Below, in pieces: positions 25,779-32,000 of a stretch of 32,000 nt of DNA (positions are counted from its first letter, which is position 1; every line of letters starts with the position of its first letter). The DNA comes from Erysipelotrichaceae bacterium (GTDB taxonomy: Bacteria > Bacillota_I > Bacilli_A > Erysipelotrichales > Erysipelotrichaceae), in contig OY781039.1 of the NCBI GenBank assembly GCA_963676105.1, forward strand, positions 480,001-512,000. Reading direction: 5' to 3'. The translations under genes were made by a program, and so were the position numbers. The notes under the pieces are model-generated. The model was not told the DNA's origin and did no database searches. It saw only the letters and a list, made by a program, of their open reading frames with translations.

Positions 25779-27659
25779 TTACATTTTTCCTAGTCGGCGA
25801 CGCATAAAATGTTGCATTTCTTCTAAAACATGGTTGGTGTCAATACCTTCATAAGTACGTAGTTCACGAATTGAACCATGTGTCACAAAATGATCATCAA
25901 GTCCAATACGTTTAAGACGTACTGTTTTTTGAATTGTCTCATAATATTCTAGAATAGCAGAACCTAAACCTGCAGCTAACATATCCCCTTCATAGGTCAT
26001 GATAGGCAAGTTTGATTTTTCAAGTTGATTAAGCATTTTTGTATCAAGTGGTTTAATATAGCGAGCATTTACAATCGCTATCTTTAGTTTGTTGAATTGA
26101 ATTTTTTCAACTAAACGATCAACGATTGGACCATTCGCAATAATAACGCCTTTGGCTGATTTTAAATCACCAAAAATTTCCCACGAACCTACTGGGATGA
26201 GTTTGAATTTATCAAGTTCCTCATAAAAAGCAGAACCTCTAGGATATCGAATCGCAAAAGGAATATTAGACTTAAAAGCTGTATAGAGTAAATTTTGAGC
26301 TTCTATCGCATCTTTTGGACTGGCGATAGTTAAGTTAGGGATAGCCCTTAATAAACCAACATCAAAAACACCATGATGGGTAGCGCCATCTTCGCCTACT
26401 AAACCAGCACGATCAATCCCTATGACTACGGGACAATTCATACGCGCAATATCGTGATTAATTTGATCATATGATCGTTGTAAGAAAGAAGAATATAAAG
26501 ATATAAAAGGTTTTAAACCATTTAAGGCTAAGGATGCCGCTAAGGTAGCCGCATGTTCTTCTGCAATTCCTGTATCAAAACTTCGCTTTGGATATAAGGC
26601 AAAAAACTTTTCGAGTTTAGATCCTTGTATCATCGCAGGTGTAATGGCACAAATTGTTTCATCTTCTTTGGCGAGTCTTACAAGTGTTTCAGAAATAATC
26701 TGAGAATAAGATAGATGACCTTTAGGTAAAGCTGTTAGACTTGAGCCACTATCTGGATCAAATTGAGAGACACCATGCCAGGATCCCTTTTCATCATTTT
26801 CAGAATGTGTAAAGCCTTTACCTTTTGTGGTCATCGCATGAATAATGACTGGCCCTTCTTGTTCTTGCGCTGAATGAAGCGCATCAAATATTTCATTATA
26901 GGAATGACCATTTATTGGACCCAAGTAAGTTAAACCTAAATCAGTAAAGATGGATGGCTCAATCACATTACGTTTAATGGTTTCTTTGACACCTGACATC
27001 CCCTTATAAACAATATGACCTACTTTATTACGCTCTAAAACTTCTTTCATTTCAGTTTTAAGCGAAATATAAGGAGCACTGTTTCTTAAACGTGCAATTG
27101 AATGAGAAAAAGCACCTACATTTTTAGAAATAGACATGGTATTGTCATTTAAAATTATAATCATTTTAGGTTTTAATGATCCAATATGATTTAAAGCTTC
27201 AAAAGATTCCCCATTCGCAATAGAACCATCACCGATGACTGCAATAACTTGCGAATCTTCTTCTTTTAAATCACGTGCTATCGCAATTCCCATTGCGGCA
27301 GATAATGAAGTTCCCGCATGGCCAGCTTCCCATACATCATGTTCAGACTCAGCTCTATTTTGATAACCACTTAAACCATTAAATTGTCTTAGTTTATCAA
27401 AGCCTTGAGCACGTCCAGTCAGAATTTTATGGACATAGGATTGATGACCAACATCAAATATCACTTTATCTTTAGGAGAATTATACATGGCATGAATGGC
27501 AATCGTTAATTCAACGATCCCTAAATTTGATGATAGGTGACCACCTGTTTTTGAGACATTTTCAATTAAAAAAGAACGAATATCAGTCGCTAGTTCTCGC
27601 AGTTGTGAATATGTCAGATCTTTTAAGAATGATGGATCTTTAATATCAGTAATGTTCAT
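25779..27659 (-). CDS. dxs: 1-deoxy-D-xylulose-5-phosphate synthase (MEP pathway)
   Basis: 626 aa. GGHLSSNLGIVELTIAIH, TPP motif VIGDGSIANG...NDN, transketolase-like middle and C-terminal domains. Confidence 0.95.
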   Translation of the reverse strand: MNITDIKDPSFLKDLTYSQLRELATDIRSFLIENVSKTGGHLSSNLGIVELTIAIHAMYNSPKDKVIFDVGHQSYVHKILTGRAQGFDKLRQFNGLSGYQNRAESEHDVWEAGHAGTSLSAAMGIAIARDLKEEDSQVIAVIGDGSIANGESFEALNHIGSLKPKMIIILNDNTMSISKNVGAFSHSIARLRNSAPYISLKTEMKEVLERNKVGHIVYKGMSGVKETIKRNVIEPSIFTDLGLTYLGPINGHSYNEIFDALHSAQEQEGPVIIHAMTTKGKGFTHSENDEKGSWHGVSQFDPDSGSSLTALPKGHLSYSQIISETLVRLAKEDETICAITPAMIQGSKLEKFFALYPKRSFDTGIAEEHAATLAASLALNGLKPFISLYSSFLQRSYDQINHDIARMNCPVVIGIDRAGLVGEDGATHHGVFDVGLLRAIPNLTIASPKDAIEAQNLLYTAFKSNIPFAIRYPRGSAFYEELDKFKLIPVGSWEIFGDLKSAKGVIIANGPIVDRLVEKIQFNKLKIAIVNARYIKPLDTKMLNQLEKSNLPIMTYEGDMLAAGLGSAILEYYETIQKTVRLKRIGLDDHFVTHGSIRELRTYEGIDTNHVLEEMQHFMRRRLGKM

Positions 27660-27660
27660 A

Positions 27661-28521
27661 TTAGTGTTTTCGATTTTCTACCTTATCTATTAGTTCTAAT
27701 AAACTTTGTGAAGCCAAACGTAAATTTATTATATCACGCTTAAGTGCTTCAAATCCCTTTATAAGATACGCCTTTGTTTCATCTAATGAATAACGATTAA
27801 CCCAAGTCAATTTATGACTAGTTTCATCGCTATTAACAGGTTTACCTAAAGTTTCAAAATCACTAATGGCTTCTAAATAATCATCTTGTATTTGAAATAA
27901 AACACCAAGATCTAAGCCCAATTCATAAAGTGATTCTAAATCTTTATAGTCTTTTTGGTAAATACGACCTAAAACAAATGCACAGCCAAACAACGCACCT
28001 GTTTTTAAGCGATATAGTTCATTGAGTAATTCATCACTTAAATGATTGTCTTCCTCATTTTTCATATCTAAATCTTGACCCATAACCATGCCACTTGCAC
28101 CAGCTGCTTTTGATAGCCAAAAAACTGCATGTGCCTTCTGTTTATCATCTAGATTTGAGGATGTTATTTTACTAAAAGCTTGAGTTAATAAGCCATCACC
28201 AGCAAGTAAAGCAATTGCATCATTAAAAACTTTATGAGTGGTTAATCGACCGCGTCGATAATCATCATTGTCCATAAGTGGTAAGTCATCATGAACAAGT
28301 GAATAAGTGTGAATCATTTCTAATGCAACAGCTAAAGATAATAAACACTCATCAATCTCATTTACTTGTGAACTCGCAAAAATAAGTTGTGGTCTAAACC
28401 GTTTACCACCACCTTCTAAAGCATAAATCATCGCTTCTTTTACACTAGACTGAGGTAAATCGTTTAATACCGTTTTTAAATAAGTATTAAATTGATGAGT
28501 AAAACTATTCAGCGTTTCCAT
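27661..28521 (-). CDS. ispA: Farnesyl diphosphate synthase (geranyltranstransferase)
   Basis: FARM motif LVHDDLPLMDNDDYRRG and SARM motif FQIQDDYLE. 286 aa. Positioned between xseB and dxs. Confidence 0.88.
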   Translation of the reverse strand: METLNSFTHQFNTYLKTVLNDLPQSSVKEAMIYALEGGGKRFRPQLIFASSQVNEIDECLLSLAVALEMIHTYSLVHDDLPLMDNDDYRRGRLTTHKVFNDAIALLAGDGLLTQAFSKITSSNLDDKQKAHAVFWLSKAAGASGMVMGQDLDMKNEEDNHLSDELLNELYRLKTGALFGCAFVLGRIYQKDYKDLESLYELGLDLGVLFQIQDDYLEAISDFETLGKPVNSDETSHKLTWVNRYSLDETKAYLIKGFEALKRDIINLRLASQSLLELIDKVENRKH

Positions 28522-28714
28522 TATATGCCTTCATCAGTTCGCCCACTTTATCTTCAAAGTGTTTAAGTTGTGAGTCACAGTTTTTAATAAGATCCAAACC
28601 TTCTTCAAATAATTCAATTGATGTTTCTAAGTTGCTTTCGTTTTGTTCAAGTTTTTCAACAATCTCAGTTAATCTAAGCATCATTGTTTCAAAGCTTTTT
28701 TTATCTTCTGCCAT
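28505..28714 (-). CDS. xseB: Exodeoxyribonuclease VII small subunit
   Basis: 69 aa. SFETMMLRLTEIVEKLE...LETSIELFEEGLDLIKNC is the typical XseB helix-hairpin. TAATG overlap with xseA. Confidence 0.88.
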   Translation of the reverse strand: MAEDKKSFETMMLRLTEIVEKLEQNESNLETSIELFEEGLDLIKNCDSQLKHFEDKVGELMKAYNGNAE

Positions 28715-30048
28715 TATGATTTCTCCTTATTCAGTACTTTTGTTTTAATATATCCATCTTTTAATCGAATACTTAATTCATCATTTACATCGACATTTTT
28801 CACTGATTGTACCAATGCATTTTCTTTATATGTTAATGAATAGCCTCTTTCTAGGCTGTTTAAAGGTGAATATGCATTTGCGAGTGCAAGTTGATGTCTA
28901 AATTGTTCACGTTCTTTAGATAATTTAGTTTGAATTGAATTAATTAATCTAGATTCAAACTCTTTCATTAAACTACGTTGCGCATCATTACGTTTACTCA
29001 TCAAATACATTAAGCGTTGTGAGGTGTTTTCTAAGCTTTTTTGTAGTGGAGAAATATCTTGAGCGCTATTGATCATCTTATGTTTAAGCAAATCTAAGTG
29101 CACGCGATATTGATTAGCTTTCAGTTCTGGATGATAAGTAAAACTTTGTTGTTTTAGGTATCTTAAGTCTTGTTTTGACTTTTCTAAACGATTATTTACA
29201 CTACTATATAATTGCTTATTCAACTGATAAATGTTTTCTAATACATCGTTTTTATCTGGTAATGCCGTTTGCATCGCTTGAGTGGGTGTTGCCGCTCGAA
29301 CATCAGCGACATAATCAACAATTGTGGTATCACTTTCATGGCCAACACCTGTAATAACGGGTGTCTTTAATTGACTAAGACATATCGCAAGCGTCTCATC
29401 ATTAAATGCCCATAAATCTTCAATAGAACCCCCACCACGAGCTAATACAATGACATCACAGTTATTTTGATCTGCATCGTTTAAAGCTTTTATGATTTGA
29501 GCTGCTGCAGTATTTCCTTGAACAAGTGTCTCATATAAAACAAGTTCTACCATTGGCCATCTTAAATGTGCCATTTTAAACATATCTTGTAGGGCAGCTG
29601 ACTTTGCCCCTGTCACAACCGCAACACGTTTTGGATATTTAGGTAATGTTTTTTTATATGACTTATCAAAAAGCCCTTGTTCATATAATTTTTTCTTTAG
29701 TTTTTCAAATTGTATAAAGAGATTACCTAAACCAATGTTTTGCATACTAAAGACATTACATTGAACACTACCTGCTAAAGCATAGACAGAGATACTGGCT
29801 CTAAGGAGTACTTGATCGCCTTCTTTTGGTTTAAAATCAACACTATTCGCATATGATTTAAACATCACACAACTGATTTTAGCATTTTGATCTTTTATAG
29901 AAAAATACCAATGACCATTCCTGTGTGCTGTGAAGTTGGAAATCTCCCCTTTCACATAAAAAGCCCGTAAGCCATCGTTAAACTCAAGGGTTTGTTTAAT
30001 GACTGAAACTAAGTCACTAACACTAAATACGTTTTGGCTCATAGGCAT
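28714..30048 (-). CDS. xseA: Exodeoxyribonuclease VII large subunit
   Basis: N-terminal OB fold (VFSVSDLV...VKGEISNF...HWYFSIKD), catalytic core ARGGGSIEDLWAFNDE, long C-terminal coiled coil. First ATG at 30048 (the track uses TTG 30051; ATG 30042 is also possible). Overlaps the 3' end of nusB. Confidence 0.92.
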   Translation of the reverse strand: MPMSQNVFSVSDLVSVIKQTLEFNDGLRAFYVKGEISNFTAHRNGHWYFSIKDQNAKISCVMFKSYANSVDFKPKEGDQVLLRASISVYALAGSVQCNVFSMQNIGLGNLFIQFEKLKKKLYEQGLFDKSYKKTLPKYPKRVAVVTGAKSAALQDMFKMAHLRWPMVELVLYETLVQGNTAAAQIIKALNDADQNNCDVIVLARGGGSIEDLWAFNDETLAICLSQLKTPVITGVGHESDTTIVDYVADVRAATPTQAMQTALPDKNDVLENIYQLNKQLYSSVNNRLEKSKQDLRYLKQQSFTYHPELKANQYRVHLDLLKHKMINSAQDISPLQKSLENTSQRLMYLMSKRNDAQRSLMKEFESRLINSIQTKLSKEREQFRHQLALANAYSPLNSLERGYSLTYKENALVQSVKNVDVNDELSIRLKDGYIKTKVLNKEKS

Positions 30049-30433
30049 CAAGTACAGCGTTGATATATGGATATGATTCTTCGTCAGAATAAGTTTTAGT
30101 TAGTCTAATGGCTTCATCAATAATAACGGCTTTATCATCATCACCTAAATCCATTTCGCTTAAAGCTAATAAAAGAATCGCTTGTTCGACATAAGAAAGT
30201 CTTTCAAACGTCCAATTCTTCAAATGTTTGTTAATTGAAAGAATATATTCATCTTCATGAAGTTCTAAATGATTTAAAATGTCTAAAATATAAGAAGTCC
30301 CACTTGGTTTCATTAGGGCACCTTCTTCGTCAATTAATCTAAAAATTGGTTTAGAAATAACCAAGTGACTATAAATGTATTTCATGACACGTTTTCTAAG
30401 ATCATGTCTTTTACTAATTTCTTTGCGTTCCAT
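30023..30433 (-). CDS. nusB: Transcription antitermination factor NusB
   Basis: 136 aa helical protein with an N-terminal basic RKRVMKYIY region, positioned between the asp23-family gene and xseA as in Bacillus (yqhY-nusB). Motif recognition is moderate. Confidence 0.75.
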   Translation of the reverse strand: MERKEISKRHDLRKRVMKYIYSHLVISKPIFRLIDEEGALMKPSGTSYILDILNHLELHEDEYILSINKHLKNWTFERLSYVEQAILLLALSEMDLGDDDKAVIIDEAIRLTKTYSDEESYPYINAVLDAYEPKRI

Positions 30434-30442
30434 ATCGTTTAA

Positions 30443-30451
30443 ATCCTACCA
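30443..30451 (-). promoter_or_regulatory. Extended -10-like element (TGgTAGGAT) 9 nt upstream of the nusB ATG
   Basis: The minus strand reads TGGTAGGAT-ttaaacgat-ATG. There is no SD. It lies just downstream of the asp23 terminator. Confidence 0.35.
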
Positions 30452-30460
30452 CATTCCATG

Positions 30461-30482
30461 AAAAAACGCCCTACTGGGCGTT
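30461..30482 (-). terminator. Intrinsic terminator after the asp23-family gene
   Basis: The minus strand reads AACGCCC-AGTA-GGGCGTT followed by TTTTTT. The 5' arm and loop contain the last codons and TAG stop of asp23. Confidence 0.65.
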
Positions 30483-30812
30483 GAAATAAAAACCATCAAC
30501 CTTTATATTGATACGATCGCATTTAAATCCGGTCATATATTCAATATTTTGGGCAATTTTTTCTTGAACACTCGTAGTCACTTCATTAACATTTTGGCCA
30601 TATAAGACTTTTACACTTAAATCGATTATCAAATCATTTTCTTCGATTTTAGTGTGAACGTCACTTTGACCTCTACGTTCAATTAACTGAACATTTTCAA
30701 CTTCTTCAGATGCGTTAATCGCAATCATGTTGAAGACTTGTTTTTGAATGTGTACTCCGCCATATTTGTTTTGTTCGCTGAGTAAAATAAAATCCTGTGC
30801 TTGTGTTTTCAT
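30471..30812 (-). CDS. Asp23/Gls24-family envelope stress (alkaline shock) protein
   Basis: KYGGVHIQKQVFNMIAINASEEVENV... resembles the YqhY/Asp23 family. 113 aa from ATG 30812 (the track starts at TTG 30815). Confidence 0.8.
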   Translation of the reverse strand: MKTQAQDFILLSEQNKYGGVHIQKQVFNMIAINASEEVENVQLIERRGQSDVHTKIEENDLIIDLSVKVLYGQNVNEVTTSVQEKIAQNIEYMTGFKCDRINIKVDGFYFNAQ

Positions 30813-30835
30813 CAAAGAAATTATAGCACAGGATT
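30791..30835. repeat. 11-bp perfect inverted repeat bracketing the asp23 -10 box and start codon
   Basis: AATCCTGTGCT (30791-30801) and AGCACAGGATT (30825-30835) are exact reverse complements separated by 23 nt. Confidence 0.85.
30820..30828 (-). promoter_or_regulatory. Extended -10 (TGcTATAAT) 7 nt upstream of the asp23 ATG
   Basis: The minus strand reads TGCTATAAT-ttctttg-ATG. No SD. Confidence 0.45.
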
Positions 30836-30857
30836 AATTTTTTTAGGGTTTTTTAAC

Positions 30858-31628
30858 TTATTCTTCTGGGAACCAAGTAGCGTTGATCTCAGCTAAAGTT
30901 CCGTTTGCTTCTAGTGTAGCGATTGCTTCGTTAACTTTTGCGACCCATTCAGAACCTTTAGGGAATGCTAAAGCAGTACCAGCTTTACCATCAAGACCTT
31001 CAGCTTCTAACATGAATGTCATTAATGCTTCATTTTCATCAGCATATGTTTGTGCATTTGTACTATCGATAACAAGGGCATCTACACGATCATTAAGAAT
31101 ATCTTGAATGATTGTGTTGAATGTTTGATAAGTTACAATTTCAAATCCATAAGCATCAGCTATTGAATTCATAGCTGATTCTTGAACAGTACCAGTTTGA
31201 ACACCAATTACTTTACCTTGTAAATCATCAATTGTTGAGAAACCATCTTCAACTTTAACAACAGCTTGGTATAAGTTACCATCAGCTTTATAGATATCTG
31301 AGAAATCTACAGATTTTTTACGTTCTTCAGAAACGTTCATACCAGAAATAGCCATGTCACCTTGATTTGCAGAGATTGCCGCTACAATACCATCAAAGCT
31401 TTGTTCTTTCCATTCAACTTGAACACCCATTTCAGCCGCAAGTGCTTCCATAAGATCAATATCGAAACCTTCGAAAGTTCCATCAGCTGCTACAGACTCA
31501 TATGGTGGGTAGTCAGGTGAAGTTAAAACAACGATTGTTTCCATTTCAACGACTTCTTCTTCAGCAGGTGCACTAGAACAAGCACCTAAGAATAATGCTA
31601 AACCTAAAATTACTAATAATTTTTTCAT
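30858..31628 (-). CDS. Amino-acid ABC transporter substrate-binding lipoprotein
   Basis: Lipoprotein signal MKKLLVILGLALFLGAC (lipobox LGAC) and a family-3 SBP fold (PDYPPYE..., GFDIDL..., DMAISGM). Start placed at ATG 31628 because GGAGG lies 8 nt upstream (the track start at 31643 contains that SD). Confidence 0.88.
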   Translation of the reverse strand: MKKLLVILGLALFLGACSSAPAEEEVVEMETIVVLTSPDYPPYESVAADGTFEGFDIDLMEALAAEMGVQVEWKEQSFDGIVAAISANQGDMAISGMNVSEERKKSVDFSDIYKADGNLYQAVVKVEDGFSTIDDLQGKVIGVQTGTVQESAMNSIADAYGFEIVTYQTFNTIIQDILNDRVDALVIDSTNAQTYADENEALMTFMLEAEGLDGKAGTALAFPKGSEWVAKVNEAIATLEANGTLAEINATWFPEE

Positions 31629-31649
31629 AATCTTTTCCTCCATTTTCTC

Positions 31650-32000
31650 TTAGATCATGTTTGCTAAGAACTCTTGTGCCCTCTCAGTTTGTGGCTTCTT
31701 AAAGAATTCCTCGCTAGGTGTAACTTCTAATATTTCCGTATTGTTCATATAAACAATATAATCGGAGACTTCTTTGGCAAACTTAATTTCGTGAGTCACG
31801 ATAATATTTGTCATGCCGGTATTTGTTAATTGCTTAATAACTTTAAGTACTTCTTGAGTCATTTCTGGATCAAGTGCACTTGTTGGCTCATCAAACAATA
31901 AACTTTCTGGATGCATCGCTAGAGCGCGTGCAATCGCAACACGTTGTTGCTCACCACCACTAAGTTGATGTGGATAGTTATATAAACGATGACCTAAACC
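31650..32000 (-). CDS. Amino-acid ABC transporter ATP-binding protein, C-terminal part (5' end outside window)
   Basis: The reading frame is open to the window edge. Nt 32000-31917 translate to [28 protein letters not shown] (ABC signature LSGGQ-like), followed by [19 protein letters not shown] (Walker B/D-loop) and the H-loop TNIIVTHE. Confidence 0.9.
   Translation of the reverse strand, partial: GLGHRLYNYPHQLSGGEQQRVAIARALAMHPESLLFDEPTSALDPEMTQEVLKVIKQLTNTGMTNIIVTHEIKFAKEVSDYIVYMNNTEILEVTPSEEFFKKPQTERAQEFLANMI

Noticed and set aside
30883-31107. 74-aa plus-strand ORF antisense to the SBP gene
   Set aside because: It is the Ala/Ser-rich complement of the SBP coding frame, so it is a shadow ORF.
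31629-31643. ATG 31643 as the SBP start (MEEKIMKKLL...)
   Set aside because: The GGAGG that serves ATG 31628 lies within these codons, and MKKLLVILGLALFLGAC is a canonical lipoprotein signal on its own.
1-32000. Search by eye for CRISPR arrays, tRNA/rRNA genes, IS elements, prophage genes, toxin-antitoxin pairs and known defence-system signatures
   Set aside because: None were found. All gaps over 40 nt are accounted for by promoters, terminators or the FMN riboswitch. No spaced direct repeats, cloverleaf-like GC-rich segments, or transposase, nuclease or NTPase orphan genes are present.

Overview
AT-rich, densely coding chromosomal segment (gaps mostly under 110 nt) of Firmicutes type. It uses the standard code: TGA serves as a stop (comGB, comGD, comGF) and Trp is TGG. 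A Mollicutes-like EF-P loop and many starts without a Shine-Dalgarno (SD) hint at an Erysipelotrichia/Mollicutes-related lineage, but I cannot verify the taxonomy. The content is almost entirely housekeeping and, from memory, syntenic with the B. subtilis yqf-yqh and ypf-yph regions. Plus strand: dnaG (3' part)-rpoD-trmK, a cshB-like DEAD-box helicase, a class B PBP, rpmG (49 aa, absent from the ORF track), an MBL hydrolase, a complete comGA-GG competence pseudopilus operon, efp, FMN riboswitch-ribU, orphan-cmk-der-gpsA, hup, a YugP-like Zn peptidase, then a hairpin-bounded four-gene orphan cluster (19.1-22.0 kb). Minus strand: ispH, ispG, one tightly overlapped unit nusB-xseA-xseB-ispA-dxs-recN-xerD-deoB, an asp23-family gene, and an amino-acid ABC transporter (lipoprotein SBP plus partial ATPase). 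I found no rRNA/tRNA, CRISPR array, IS/transposase, prophage, or recognisable defence or toxin-antitoxin system. I cannot point to a convincing novel multi-gene system. The best candidates for follow-up are: (1) EF-P whose modification-bearing loop tip is Met instead of Lys/Arg; (2) a ~150-aa insertion between regions 1.2 and 2.1 of the housekeeping sigma factor; (3) an 11-bp perfect inverted repeat enclosing the -10 box and start codon of asp23; (4) a 12-bp palindromic bidirectional terminator that encodes the identical C-terminal KGRN of two convergent genes; (5) first genes of operons with an extended -10 only 7-11 nt from the ATG and no SD (leaderless-type); (6) the orphan envelope-associated cluster at 19.1-22.0 kb. 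All functional calls rest on motif recognition and synteny by eye; no database searches were run.
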